Shown piece by piece: positions 37,499-48,800 of a DNA stretch of 63,103 bases; position 1 is the stretch's first letter; each line of letters opens with the position of its first letter. Position numbers and translations under genes: made by a program. The stretch comes from Acidimicrobiia bacterium (GTDB taxonomy: Bacteria > Actinomycetota > Acidimicrobiia > Spongiisociales > UBA5794). The DNA is taken from positions 1 to 63,103 of the forward strand of contig JAQAZV010000063.1 of NCBI GenBank assembly GCA_032127155.1. The letters run 5' to 3'. The notes beneath the pieces were generated by a model. That model was given only the letters and a program-made list of their open reading frames with translations, was not told the origin of the DNA and did no database searches.

Positions 37499-38440
37499 AT
37501 GAGCGCAAGAATGATGGCGTTGGCTCTCGGGTTCGCTCTCGTCGGTGCTGCCTGTGCGGGAGGGTCCGGAGCAGACACGTCAACCACGATCACGAAACCA
37601 GCTGCGAACACCTTCGAAGGGGCCGACGGCGCGACTGCCTCGATCGCTGATCCGTCACGCATCGTGTCGTTGAACGGTGATCTCACAGAGATCATCTTTG
37701 CGCTCGGCGCCGGGGACCAGGTCGTCGGCATCGACCTCACGACAACGTACCCGGAGGAAGCGACCGTCCTGCCCGATGTGGGCCTCGGCAGATCGCTGAA
37801 TGCGGAGGCCGTCATCGGACTCCAACCCACCCTCGTCATCGGGGACACCCAGGTCGAGCCATCGTCGGCGATCGAACAGATCCGCTCGGCAGGCATACCC
37901 GTCGCGATCCTGCCAGCGGAGGTGACGCTCGAGGGTGCGATCCGCAAGATCCTCACCATGGGCGAGATCCTCGATCGCAATGCCGCCGCTATTTCCCTCG
38001 CTTCCGACGTCCAGGACGAGATCGATGCTGCCATCGCACTCGCAGCCAAGGCAACATCCGAGCCGCGGGTTGCGTACACATACGTGCGGGGTCCCGAGAC
38101 GCTTCTGTTGTTCGGCAACGGGATGCCAACGCACTTCCTCATCGAGGCAGCCGGCGCAGTGGATGCGGCAGGGGAAGCAGGCGTGCTGTTCGCTGAATCC
38201 CTCTCCGCTGAACGCCTGGTCGTTGCCGCCCCTGACGTCCTCATCGCACCCATCCAGGGGTTTGACATCCTGGGTGGCAAGGACGCCTATCTGGCGCTTC
38301 CCGGTGTCGGCGACACGCCGGCGGGCCGAACGGGGACGGTGCTCACGTATGACGAGGCGTTGCTCCTTGGTATGGGTCCCAGGGTTGGGGAGGCCTTGCG
38401 ACAGCTCGTCATCGACCTCCACCCCGAAATCGACGGATAG
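37499..38440 (+). CDS. ABC transporter substrate-binding lipoprotein, Peripla_BP_2 type (heme / iron-chelate / cobalamin class)
   Basis: Lipobox LVGAAC followed by a class III SBP pattern (RIVSLNGDLTEIIFALGAGDQVVGID). The substrate cannot be assigned from sequence alone. Confidence 0.8.
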   Translation: MSARMMALALGFALVGAACAGGSGADTSTTITKPAANTFEGADGATASIADPSRIVSLNGDLTEIIFALGAGDQVVGIDLTTTYPEEATVLPDVGLGRSLNAEAVIGLQPTLVIGDTQVEPSSAIEQIRSAGIPVAILPAEVTLEGAIRKILTMGEILDRNAAAISLASDVQDEIDAAIALAAKATSEPRVAYTYVRGPETLLLFGNGMPTHFLIEAAGAVDAAGEAGVLFAESLSAERLVVAAPDVLIAPIQGFDILGGKDAYLALPGVGDTPAGRTGTVLTYDEALLLGMGPRVGEALRQLVIDLHPEIDG

Positions 38441-39460
38441 ATGCTGGCATCGAAGCCTCCCGTCGTCGTGGCCCTCGTCGGCCTCGTGGCGGTGCTGGTG
38501 ACCGTGGTGATTGCCGTCGGTGTGGGAAGCACCACGGTTGCCCCCCTGGATGTGTTGCGGGTGCTGGCGGATCATGTCCTTCCCTTCGATGTGGCCTCCT
38601 CGCCGATCGCGGATCCGATCATCTGGAACATCAGGCTCCCTCGCGTTCTCACGGCCTTCGCTGCCGGGGCTGCCCTCGGAATGGGCGGTGTTGCACTTCA
38701 GGGGCTGTTCAGGAACCCGGTGGCTGACCCCCAATTGGTCGGCTTGTCAGCGACATCCGCGATCGGCGTGATGATCGGCCTTTGGATCGGCTGGGAAGCG
38801 GGCGGCCCGGTCGCTGGAATCCTCGGTGGAGTCGTTGCAGGGATCCTTGGTGCCTCAGCAGTCCGCTGGATCGCCACGTCGACACAGGGAGACCCATCCC
38901 GCTTCATCCTCGCAGGCATTGGCTTCGGGGTTGCGGTGAGCGCGATGGTCGCCGCAGCTGCCATCGCCATCCACGATCCCCGCGTACCGGACGTTCCGTT
39001 CTGGTTCGTCGGTGGCCTTGGGGCGTCCACGTGGGGGACGGTGCTGTGGACGACCCTGTTCGCTGGCGCGAGCTTGCTCGTTGTGTGGCGCTTCGCACGC
39101 CGTCTCGACGTCTTCAGCCTCGGCATGGCGTCTGCTCGGCATCTCGGCATCGATGTCGCCGTCGTGACGACGGCCACCCTCATGTCCGTCGGAGCCGGGG
39201 TCGGGGCGGCAGTTGGGGCGGCCGGTGTCATTGCGTTCGTTGGTCTCGTGGCGGCCCACGGTGCGCGCGCCTTGGTTGGCGACCATCACCGCACGTCGCT
39301 CCCCGCCGGCTTCGTCCTCGGCGGCATGTTCCTCGTGACAGCCGATGCCATGGGGCGCGTCATCGGAGGTCGCTTCGAGGTGCCGGTAGGGCTGGTCACC
39401 GCAGCCATCGGGGGACCGTTCCTTCTGTGGTTGATCGTCCGCAGGAGACTGGGGACATGA
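38441..39460 (+). CDS. FecCD-family ABC transporter permease
   Basis: 339 aa, roughly 9-10 TM segments, FecCD/BtuC-like. It starts directly after the SBP stop. Confidence 0.88.
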   Translation: MLASKPPVVVALVGLVAVLVTVVIAVGVGSTTVAPLDVLRVLADHVLPFDVASSPIADPIIWNIRLPRVLTAFAAGAALGMGGVALQGLFRNPVADPQLVGLSATSAIGVMIGLWIGWEAGGPVAGILGGVVAGILGASAVRWIATSTQGDPSRFILAGIGFGVAVSAMVAAAAIAIHDPRVPDVPFWFVGGLGASTWGTVLWTTLFAGASLLVVWRFARRLDVFSLGMASARHLGIDVAVVTTATLMSVGAGVGAAVGAAGVIAFVGLVAAHGARALVGDHHRTSLPAGFVLGGMFLVTADAMGRVIGGRFEVPVGLVTAAIGGPFLLWLIVRRRLGT

Positions 39461-40212
39461 CGACGATCGCGGCGCACGGATTGGAGGTCAGCCTCGGAGG
39501 CACCCCGGTGATCGCTGCCCTCGACCTGGTCGTCGACCCCGGCACGTTCACATGCATCGTCGGTCCGAACGGGGCTGGGAAGACGACCCTCATGCAATGC
39601 CTCGCCGGCGAACTCGAGCCCACAGCTGGATCAACCACAATCGGGGGTGTCATACCGACCGAGGTTTCCGTCCCGGAGCGGGCGTTGATACGCGCGTTCC
39701 TCGCCCAGGAGGAGCGTCCGGACATACCGTATCGAGTGATCGATGTCGTCCGTTTCGGGACCCACCTGTCCATTCTCGACGAGGAGGGGCAGCAGGCCAT
39801 CGTGGACAATGCGATGAGCTCGGTCGAGATCGATCACCTCGCACAACGGCGGGTCGCATCGCTCTCGGGCGGGGAACGCAGGCGGGTTGCCCTGGCACGC
39901 ACATTCGCGCAGGATGCCGACGTCCTCCTGCTCGACGAACCAACCGAGAGCCTCGACCTCGGCCACGCCGACACCGTCATGCGGCTCGCATGGCAGACTG
40001 CACAGCAGGGCCGAACGGTCATCGCCACGAGTCACGATCTCAACCTTGCCGCTCGACACGCCGACCGCATCGTGGTCCTCAGCGGAGGCTCGATCGCTGC
40101 AGACGGCGACCCGAAGGAGGTCCTCACGCCCGCCCTGCTGTCGGAGGTCTACCACTGCCGCGTGCGGGTACTCCCCCACCCTGAGCATGGAAGACCGGTC
40201 ATCTTCCTGTGA
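39457..40212 (+). CDS. ABC transporter ATP-binding protein (FepC/HmuV/BtuD type)
   Basis: ATG 39457 forms an ATGA overlap with the permease stop. Walker A GPNGAGKTT, signature LSGGERRR, Walker B LLLDEP. Confidence 0.9.
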   Translation: MTTIAAHGLEVSLGGTPVIAALDLVVDPGTFTCIVGPNGAGKTTLMQCLAGELEPTAGSTTIGGVIPTEVSVPERALIRAFLAQEERPDIPYRVIDVVRFGTHLSILDEEGQQAIVDNAMSSVEIDHLAQRRVASLSGGERRRVALARTFAQDADVLLLDEPTESLDLGHADTVMRLAWQTAQQGRTVIATSHDLNLAARHADRIVVLSGGSIAADGDPKEVLTPALLSEVYHCRVRVLPHPEHGRPVIFL

Positions 40213-42132
40213 TCAGTCGATCGTGAGACCCGTCTCGATAGGCTCGTAGACCGTTGAGCGTCTCACCGGATTCCGGTCGAGGTCGAGGATCAGATTCCTG
40301 AAGTCAGCTGCGGTCACGGACGTTCCGTGACTGGCCCCCGCTGCCCTCGAGATCGATTCGTCCATCAGGGTGCCTCCGACGTCATTGCACCCGGATCGGA
40401 GCAGGGCTTCGGCTCCGTCGAGGCCGAGCTTGACCCACGATGCCTGGATGTTGTCGATCAGTCCGAGGAAGGCGATCCGAGCAACGGCGTGGACAAGGAT
40501 CACCTCATCCCAGGTCGGGCCCGGTCGGGATCGTCCGCGCAGCCAGATGGGAGCACCCATGTGGACGAACGGGAGGGGAACAAATTCTGTGAATCCGCCC
40601 GTCCGACGTTGGATGTTCCGCAGCACCTCGAGGTGATTGGCCCACGACCGCGGTCCATCGACGTGGCCAAACATCATCGTCGATGTGGTGCGGATCCCAA
40701 GATCGTGGGCAGTCAGCATCACTTCCGCCCACTGGCTGGTGCGGATCTTGTCGGGACACAGCGTCAACCTCACGTCGTCATCGAGGATCTCAGCCGCGGT
40801 TCCCGGCAGGGTTCCGAGACCCGCGTCCTTCAGCGTGGAGAGGAGCTCACGGATCGTCACGCCGGACGTCTCGGCCCCTTGCCAGATCTCGAGCGGCGTG
40901 AACCCGTGGATGTGCATGCCGGGGACCCGTGCCTTGATCGCCTCGACGACATCGACATAGAACTGCCCGGTGAAGTCGGGATGGATACCCCCCTGGAGGC
41001 ACACCTCGGTCGCTCCGACACTCCATGCCTCCTCGGAACGATCAACCACCTCGTCGATCGTCATCAGGTACGGGGCTTCCTTGAGGTCGAGGGATCGCGG
41101 ACCCTTCGAGAACGCACAGAACCCGCATTTGAAGTAGCACTGATTGGTGTAGTTGATGTTCCGGTTGACGACAAAGGTCACATCGTCGCCGACGATACGT
41201 CGACGGAGCTGGTCTGCAACGTCCGCAATCGCCTCGACATCGGTCCCATGAGCTCGGAACAGGGTCTCGACCTCATCTCGGGTCGGAGCAGCACCGCCAA
41301 GGGCACGCTCGAGGATGTGGGCAATGCGCTGGGACGCGTCCTCGATCGTTGCCGTTGTGCCCTCGATCCAGTTGCGATCTGTCCAAGCCGAAGAGATCCG
41401 TGTCTCAGGGTTCGGTACGTGCAGGTCCTTCCCAGGGGCCCACTCCAGCCTGGGCCGTGCCCTTCCACACCCGTCGACCTGATTGAGGTAGGCAGACAAT
41501 GCACCAGCTTCGAGATTCGCCACAGCGTCGTCGTAGTCGACCCCCACGGGGAACGCTGTCCGCTCGACGAGGGTCATGGGAGCGAGTGCGGCTCTGAGGT
41601 CCCCGATTCGTTCGCTGTCCCAATCACGGAGCACGAGGTCGCGGGCGCCGTCCCGGACCGCAGCGGTGGCGTCGGCGACGGTGTCGACCAGGGTCGATAC
41701 GGTGGTCGCAAGACCCGGCAACGCAACGAGCGTTGCTGCGCGATGGACGGAACTGCGGGCAGTCCGGAGATAGCTGGCCCTCGTGAACGCGACAGCGTCG
41801 AGGACGTCCATGTCGGAACCGACGTCGAGGACGGTGACCCGCCAACCCGCTATCGAGCCCTTCTTCAGACGACCCGCCGCATGGGGCTCGATGACCCAGG
41901 CGGGTGACTCGGCTCCTGCGCTGCCCGAAACGAGGAGGAGTCCTCCTCGTTGGGCGTTCTCGACATCCTCGGCCGTCGGATCAGCGACCTCGACAGCGAG
42001 GGTTCCTTCACGTCTTCGCGTCGACGCCCAGATCTCATTCACCCGTTCAGCAGGACGCATCTGGAGAAAGGTGACGCTCGTCGAATCCGCGAGCAGTGAA
42101 GAGGATGAGGGCGTCACAGGTGTGCTGGTCAT
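40213..42132 (-). CDS. cofH: FO synthase subunit CofH (radical SAM) with an extra N-terminal domain of roughly 260 aa
   Basis: 639 aa. The CYFKCGFC cluster motif sits at residues 332-339 and the C-terminal 330 aa or so are CofH-like. The ATGA overlap with the cofG stop suggests translational coupling. Confidence 0.85.
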   Translation of the reverse strand: MTSTPVTPSSSSLLADSTSVTFLQMRPAERVNEIWASTRRREGTLAVEVADPTAEDVENAQRGGLLLVSGSAGAESPAWVIEPHAAGRLKKGSIAGWRVTVLDVGSDMDVLDAVAFTRASYLRTARSSVHRAATLVALPGLATTVSTLVDTVADATAAVRDGARDLVLRDWDSERIGDLRAALAPMTLVERTAFPVGVDYDDAVANLEAGALSAYLNQVDGCGRARPRLEWAPGKDLHVPNPETRISSAWTDRNWIEGTTATIEDASQRIAHILERALGGAAPTRDEVETLFRAHGTDVEAIADVADQLRRRIVGDDVTFVVNRNINYTNQCYFKCGFCAFSKGPRSLDLKEAPYLMTIDEVVDRSEEAWSVGATEVCLQGGIHPDFTGQFYVDVVEAIKARVPGMHIHGFTPLEIWQGAETSGVTIRELLSTLKDAGLGTLPGTAAEILDDDVRLTLCPDKIRTSQWAEVMLTAHDLGIRTTSTMMFGHVDGPRSWANHLEVLRNIQRRTGGFTEFVPLPFVHMGAPIWLRGRSRPGPTWDEVILVHAVARIAFLGLIDNIQASWVKLGLDGAEALLRSGCNDVGGTLMDESISRAAGASHGTSVTAADFRNLILDLDRNPVRRSTVYEPIETGLTID

Positions 42133-43268
42133 GGTGCAGGTACCGCCGCAGCAAGATCTGCATAGCCTTCACGGTCCGCCCTGCCCGACGCGGCGGGAAG
42201 CAGCCCAGGATCGATCCATTCGCTCGTGAGGTACGTCGGGTACACAGGTAGACGGGGCCTGAGCTCGAATCCTGCCTCCTCCGTAACCGAGGTGAGGGTG
42301 TCCAGATGTGGCCATGGTGCCTCGGGGTTCACCCAGTCTATGGTCAGGGGGCTGACCCCGCCCCAATCGTTGATGCCAGCGTCGAGATACACCGAGAAGT
42401 CATCGGTCAGGTTCGGAGGCACCTGCAAGTTGGATTCCTCTCCGAGGATCCATCGAGCGACCGCTACCACCCTGAGAAAGAAGGGAATTGTTGGTTCAGG
42501 GGCAAACCGCATTCGCGTATTGGCCTTCGCCCGGAAGTTCTGGATGATGACCTCCTGGATATGGCCGTACTCGGCTGCCACATCGGCAATCGCAAACAGG
42601 CTATCGACGATCTCCCCTGCGTTCTCCCCAATCCCCACGAGGATCCCTGTCGTGAAGGGAACGCGTTGCCGACCTGCCTCCCGGATGGTCTCCATCCGCA
42701 CAGCCGGAACCTTGTCGGGACAGTTGTGGTGTGGCATACCTGGTTGGGTCAGGCGGTCCGAGATGTTCTCGAGCATCAGACCCATCGAAACATTCGTGGG
42801 GCGAAGCGCTGCGATGTCCCCGGCGGAGAGGATCCCTGGGTTCGCGTGGGGGAACAGTCGCGATTCATTGCGAATGAGCGCCGACATCATGGCCACGTAA
42901 TCGATCGTCGTCGTGCAGCCGTATCGCGCGAGGAACTCGGATGCCTGCGGCCAGCGATCCTCTGGCTTGTCCCCCAGGGTGAGGAGGGCTTCGGTGCATT
43001 CGTACTCGTCTCCGGCCGCCACGATGGCGACGACGTCCTCCGGTGTGAGGTACTCGCCACCTCCTCCCGGCGGCTTGACGAAGGTGCAGTAGGTACAGGT
43101 GTCCCTGCACATCGTCGTCAGGGGGACAAAGACCTTCCTGGAATACGACACGACCCTGCCGTGGCCGTCGTCTCGCATCCGTGCGGCTTCGGAGAGGAGC
43201 GGGCTGGCGTCGAGGTCACCCTCGAGGTATCGGATGGCGAGTTCGCGCTCTGGCGACGGGAACGGCAT
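42129..43268 (-). CDS. cofG: FO synthase subunit CofG (radical SAM)
   Basis: 379 aa with the CRDTCTYC cluster motif and a CofG-like body. Confidence 0.88.
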   Translation of the reverse strand: MPFPSPERELAIRYLEGDLDASPLLSEAARMRDDGHGRVVSYSRKVFVPLTTMCRDTCTYCTFVKPPGGGGEYLTPEDVVAIVAAGDEYECTEALLTLGDKPEDRWPQASEFLARYGCTTTIDYVAMMSALIRNESRLFPHANPGILSAGDIAALRPTNVSMGLMLENISDRLTQPGMPHHNCPDKVPAVRMETIREAGRQRVPFTTGILVGIGENAGEIVDSLFAIADVAAEYGHIQEVIIQNFRAKANTRMRFAPEPTIPFFLRVVAVARWILGEESNLQVPPNLTDDFSVYLDAGINDWGGVSPLTIDWVNPEAPWPHLDTLTSVTEEAGFELRPRLPVYPTYLTSEWIDPGLLPAASGRADREGYADLAAAVPAP

Positions 43269-43310
43269 CCGTGCAAGCTATCACGGCGACGACATCCAGA
43301 TGACGAACGG

Positions 43311-44735
43311 TCAGGCGGGTTCCACCGCACCCTCCTCGAAGCCGATGGGGAGACCGGCGGCATCGACGTGTGCAGCGGGTTGCGAGCCGAGATCTTCGTG
43401 CGCGGATTCCTCTGGCAGGCCTTGGGCGTCTGGCATGTCCCGTTCGAGGTTGCGGACCGGTCCATAGCTCCAAGCGGCAACGGTGAGGGCGATGGTTGCG
43501 AATCCGAGTGCGACGAAGAACGCCGCGTAACCTGCCCCTTCACCCCTGCCAACGAATCGGGCGAAGAAATCGGAGAGTTGGCTGTCACCACCCATCAGGG
43601 GCACGAAGAAGCCGTCGGCGATGGGTCCAGCGACCAAGAGGGCAAGGGGCTGGGTGAACTGAGCGACCATCGATCGCACCGAGAACACCTTCCCCTGAAC
43701 GTCCGGCTCCACTTTGGCCATCCAAATCGACTGGCTCATCGCCGATCCGTACGGAACGACGAACATGCCGATCCACAGCGCCACGAGTATGACAACGATC
43801 ATGGTGCTCGATCCCAGAACCACGAGCATGATGCCCATGATCCCGAACGCCCCGATGAGCCTCGCGATGCGACCGTTCGTGACCTTCCTCGCAGAAGCCA
43901 GGATCGATCCCGCCAGCATGCCGGTGGCACCCAGGGACATGATCAGTCCCATCGTCGCCTCCGACGTGAACGACAGCATGTAGGCGAAGAACACCGGTCC
44001 CAGGAAGCCCAGGACGAAGTTCACGCCTGCGAACACAACGAGGAGGGCAAGGAGGGGTCGCTGCCTCCAAATGTACTTGAACCCATATATGGACTCCTGC
44101 CAGAGGGAACCCTTTGCCTCGGTGCCTGCCGCGCTGGCCTTCGGCTTTGGGAAGCGCACGACCAGCAAGGTTCCTATGGCGAACACGAAGGTGACGGCAT
44201 CGACGGCGATGAGGGTTGCGACCCCTCCGATTGCGATGATCGCCGCCCCGAGCACCGGGGCGAGGAGTTGCCCTGCAGCATCGGCCATCTGGACCATCCC
44301 CGATGCTTGCGAGTACCTCTCCTTCGGAACGAGGAGGGTTGTAGACGCCTGATATGCAGGCCAGTGAAATGCCTCGAAGGCTGACGTCACAGCTGCAACA
44401 CCAACCAGGAGCCCGATGGTGACGGTGTCGGTCATGAAGGCGAGGGCAATCACGATGGTGCCCACGCCCGATGCACCGTCGGAGAGAATCATCGCCCAGC
44501 GGCGATCCCACCGGTCGACGAGGGCCCCAGCAACCGGCGACAGGAGAATCCGCGGCAATGAGGTCGCAAGCAACATCATCGACAGCTGCGTGACGGACCC
44601 TGTTTCGAGGTACACCCAGACGCTGAGGCCGAACCACGTCAAATTGGTTCCGACCAAGGACACGAGCTGCCCGCCCCACACGATCATGAATGTGCGATAG
44701 CCGGAGCGCTCCTCGGAAGCACGTTGGGTTGTCAC
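43311..44735 (-). CDS. MFS transporter (EntS / macrolide-efflux-like)
   Basis: 12-TM pattern. GTG 44735 is preceded by AAAGGAGGAGG, and the longer track start at 44903 is unsupported. Confidence 0.8.
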   Translation of the reverse strand: MTTQRASEERSGYRTFMIVWGGQLVSLVGTNLTWFGLSVWVYLETGSVTQLSMMLLATSLPRILLSPVAGALVDRWDRRWAMILSDGASGVGTIVIALAFMTDTVTIGLLVGVAAVTSAFEAFHWPAYQASTTLLVPKERYSQASGMVQMADAAGQLLAPVLGAAIIAIGGVATLIAVDAVTFVFAIGTLLVVRFPKPKASAAGTEAKGSLWQESIYGFKYIWRQRPLLALLVVFAGVNFVLGFLGPVFFAYMLSFTSEATMGLIMSLGATGMLAGSILASARKVTNGRIARLIGAFGIMGIMLVVLGSSTMIVVILVALWIGMFVVPYGSAMSQSIWMAKVEPDVQGKVFSVRSMVAQFTQPLALLVAGPIADGFFVPLMGGDSQLSDFFARFVGRGEGAGYAAFFVALGFATIALTVAAWSYGPVRNLERDMPDAQGLPEESAHEDLGSQPAAHVDAAGLPIGFEEGAVEPA

Positions 44736-44803
44736 AGGTCCTCCTCCTTTCGCCGTATTGTCGGGATTTACCGACCATGTGTCAAGTCCCCTAGTGTTCG
44801 AGG

Positions 44804-45688
44804 GTGAGATTGCTGCGAACGCCCACGTTCTTCCTGGTGTCTGTTGCGCTGGCGCTTGGCGCGTGTAGCCCAGAAGCTGACGACCCGCCGACGACAACGA
44901 CAACGATCAGCCAATCCTCGACCTCGACGACCCTCGCTGACGACGCCGAACCGTGTTCGTCTGGAGACCTCCCCTTCGTCTCGGACGGACTGGTCGGTGC
45001 CATCGGCGCGGCAGACGGTGATGCGACCACCATCACACAGATTCGCTGGGAACCGGGGATCGAGTGCGAACGCATCGTGGTTTCGTTCGCAACCGAGAGT
45101 GGGGCGCCGGCGACCTCGCTCGGCCCTTCCGGGGTGACAAACTTCGGTTTCGCAGGGTTGATCCGCGTGACGCTCCCCGAAGGTGTGGTCGCCACCTCCG
45201 TGGCGGACATGCTCACTGACGGCGCACTACTCGAAACGACGTACGTCGTCAGGGACGAATCCGATGCGCTGACCATCGACCTCCACGGGAGCGACGGGGT
45301 TCCGCTGGCGGCGCGTGCATTCGTGACGGGTTCTCCTGCGTCACTCGTCATCGACCTGGTACGCGATCCCAACATGGCAGCGCCGTCGGGCGCCGCAGTC
45401 GCGGGCACGGCTGTCGTCGTGACACCTTCGTCCGGTCCGGGGTTGTATCCGTTCATCGTTTCGGCATATGTCCAGCCGGGACTTCGGACGGTGACGCTCC
45501 AGCTCTCGTCTGGCGATGTGATCGCGCTCGATCGGACGATCTCACTCGACGGGTTCACGGATGCATGGCAGTCGTTCGAAACCAGGGTCGACGACGGTCC
45601 CGGCGGACAGTCGGTCCTCTTCGTGGGTCAGGTCGACCCGAACGGACGCCCCACCGAGGGTGCGACGATCTCACTCGATCTCCCCTGA
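44804..45688 (+). CDS. Lipoprotein of unknown function (Thr-rich linker, beta-rich domains)
   Basis: Signal peptide with lipobox LALGAC and a TTTTT linker. The C-terminal part is possibly Gmad2/Ig-like, but this is a weak impression. Confidence 0.55.
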   Translation: MRLLRTPTFFLVSVALALGACSPEADDPPTTTTTISQSSTSTTLADDAEPCSSGDLPFVSDGLVGAIGAADGDATTITQIRWEPGIECERIVVSFATESGAPATSLGPSGVTNFGFAGLIRVTLPEGVVATSVADMLTDGALLETTYVVRDESDALTIDLHGSDGVPLAARAFVTGSPASLVIDLVRDPNMAAPSGAAVAGTAVVVTPSSGPGLYPFIVSAYVQPGLRTVTLQLSSGDVIALDRTISLDGFTDAWQSFETRVDDGPGGQSVLFVGQVDPNGRPTEGATISLDLP

Positions 45689-45833
45689 CCCCAGCTGGGG
45701 TTGCGCTGAGCGGACGTGGCGCCGGAGCACTCAGCGAGCTGGCGGACGGCATGCATGAACTGTTCCTCCACGATGGGCCAGGACTCCTCGAGATCCAGTC
45801 GAGCACGCTGCAGTATTGACGGCCGACGGTCGG

Positions 45834-48800
45834 CTACATGTTGCGGCGGTAGCGGCCGCCAACCTCGAAGAGCGCCGCCGAGAGCTGACCGAGGGAGCAA
45901 TACCTCACGGCATCCATCAGCGCGGCGAAGACGTTGCCGCCTTCGAGGGCCACCTGCTGGAGGTGGTCGAGGGCAGCTTCGGCGTTCTTCGCCTCACGCT
46001 CATGGAGGCCACGAACGTCGGTGATGAGGATGTCCTTGTCGGTGTCCGAGGACCTGATCACCTCGGCCGGGCGGACGAATGGGGATCCTTCCCTCGAAAG
46101 GAACGTGTTCACGCCGATGATCGGGAGGCCGCCGTTGTCCTTGAGGGTCTCGTACGCCAGCGACTCCTCCTGGATCTTTGATCGCTGGTACATCGTCTCC
46201 ATCGCACCGAGCACGCCACCGCGATCGGTGAGCCTGTCGAATTCTGCCATGACTGCTTCTTCGACCAGGTCCGTGAGCTCTGCGATGATCGTGCTCCCCT
46301 GGAGGGTGTTCTCGTTCCTGTTCAGGCCGAACTCCCGGTTGATGATCAATTGGATGGCAAGGGCACGCCTGACCGAGTCCTCGGTCGGCGTCGTGATCGC
46401 CTCGTCGTAGGCGTTCGTGTGGAGGCTGTTCGTGTTGTCGTAGATGGCATAGAGGGCCTGGAGCGTGGTCCTGATGTCGTTGAACTCGATCTCTTGCGCG
46501 TGGAGGGACCGACCGGAGGTCTGGATGTGGTACTTCAGCTTCTGGGACCGCTCCCCCGCTCCATATACGTCACGCATCGCCTTCGCCCAGATCCGACGCG
46601 CGACACGCCCAATGACGGCGTATTCGGGGTCGAGGCCGTTGGAGAAGAAGAAGCTGAGGTTCGGGGCGAAATCATCCACCTCCATGCCGCGAGCAAGGAA
46701 GTACTCGACGAAGGTGAATCCGTTTGCCAGCGTGAACGCAAGCTGGGTGATCGGGTTCGCCCCGGCCTCGGCCATGTGGTAGCCGGAGATCGACACCGAG
46801 TAGAAGTTGTCGACATCGTGTTCGACGAAGTACTGCTGGATGTCTCCCTGCATCGAGAGGGCGAACTCAGTGGAGAAGATGCACGTGTTCTGGGCCTGGT
46901 CCTCCTTGAGGATGTCGGCCTGGATGGTTCCGCGTACCGTGCGGAGCGTGTCGGCCCTGATGCGTTCATACACATCCGCAGGGAGGACGTCGGCTCCCGA
47001 CACACCCAGGAGCATGAGGCCCGTGCCGTCATGACCCTCGGGAAGCACTCCGTGGTACTCAGGTCGCGCGGCGTCCCTGTCGGCGAATATCGCATCGATT
47101 GCAATGTTCACCTCCTCGACGAGGCCGTTGTCGACGATGTGGCGCTCACAGGCCTGGTCGATCGCTGCGTTGAGGAAGAAGGCAAGCATCATGGGGGCAG
47201 GTCCATTGATGGTCATCGAGACCGAGGTCGTGGGGCTCAGGAGATCGAAGCCCGAGTAGAGCTTCTTCGCATCGTCCATGGTCGGGACCGAAACGCCTGA
47301 GTTCCCGATCTTGCCATAGATGTCGGGGCGCGGAGCGGGGTCGTTGCCGTACAGGGTCACGGAGTCGAATGCCGTCGATAGTCGTACCGCCGGCATGTCC
47401 CGTGCGAGGTAGTGGAATCGTCGATTCGTCTGCTCGGGCCCACCCTCGCCTGCGAACATTCGCGTGGGGTCCTCAGCCTGGCGCTTGAACGGGAACACAC
47501 CGGCGGCGAAGGGGAAATGTCCGGGGAGGTTCTCCTGACGGAGCCAGCGGACCCGGTCGGACCACCCGTCGATGCGCGGGTGGATCACTTTCGGGAACAC
47601 GGTCCCTGAAAGGCTCGTCACGGCGTTGTCGACATGGATGTCTCGTCCACGGACCGAGTAGGTCATCTCACCAGGGCGATAGGCGGCCGCGCGCTCGTCC
47701 CACGCCTCCAACGCAGCTGCCACATCGTCAGGGATTCGACTTCTCACCCGCCCAACGATTGCCTCGGGCGCCGGAGTATCGGTGAGGATGGATGCGCGCT
47801 CGAGCGCTTCGAGGTCTGCTGCCGACCGGGCCACAGACTCGGTGTCCGCGTTGTAGGAACGAATGGCCTTCGAGATCTCGGATAGATAGCGGGTCCTCGA
47901 GCGCGGCACGAGCGATTCTGATGTCGCACGACCCTTTCGCGAGGTAATGGACCCGAAGGACTCCTCGTGCTGTTCGGCGAGGGTTGCCATGAGCGTCTCA
48001 TACAGCCGGTGCGTTCCTGCATCGTTGAATTGCGAGGCGACCGTCGCGAGCACGGGGAGTGTCGAGTCGTCGGCCTCGAACAGGAGGTGATTGCGCTTGT
48101 ATTGCTTGCGCACATCTCGAAGGGCATCCTCGGCACCTCTCCGGTCGGCCTTGTTGATGGTGACGATGTCGGCGAAGTCGAGCATGTCGATCTTCTCGAG
48201 CTGCGTCGCTGCACCGAATTCTGGCGTCATCACGTAGACGGACAGGTCCGACTGGTCCACGATCTCGGTATCGGACTGACCGATGCCAGACGTTTCGAGG
48301 AAGACGAGGTCGTATCCTGCCGCCTTCACGATTGCCACCGCATCGGCAACGTGGGGGGACATCGCGAGATTCGGTTGTCTGGTTGCCAGGGACCGCATGT
48401 AGGTGGACGGACCCGACACGGCGTTCATGCGGATGCGGTCACCGAGCAACGCCCCTCCCGTGCGACGCCGCGACGGATCGACGGAGATCACGGCGATCGT
48501 CTTGTCTGGGAAGTCCTTGCGATATCGAAGGACGAGTTCATCGAGGATCGACGACTTTCCTGCGCCACCGGTGCCGGTGAATCCGACAACCGGTGTCGAC
48601 GATTGTGATGCCGCATCACGCATCGCCGAAAGGAAATCCGACGACGTATCACGCTCATTCTCCGCCAGGGTGATGGCCCTGGCTATGGCTGCGATATCAC
48701 CTGATCGGACGCGGTCGACGAGGTCCGTGGTGGAAGGCTGATCATGGGCCGCACGCTCCATCAGGTCGGCAATCATCCCGGAGAGGCCCAGACGGCGTCC

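Noticed and set aside
42306-44384. 692-aa plus-strand ORF, the longest of several very long antisense ORFs (others include 14447..15904, 21429..22511, 23488..24639, 40327..41907, 37393..38280 and 37655..38734)
   Set aside because: All lie opposite strongly supported genes (cofG/MFS, infB, rseP, cdsA, cofH, the ABC SBP). Their products are Arg/His/Asp-rich low-complexity sequences. This is expected in high-GC DNA, where stop codons are rare.
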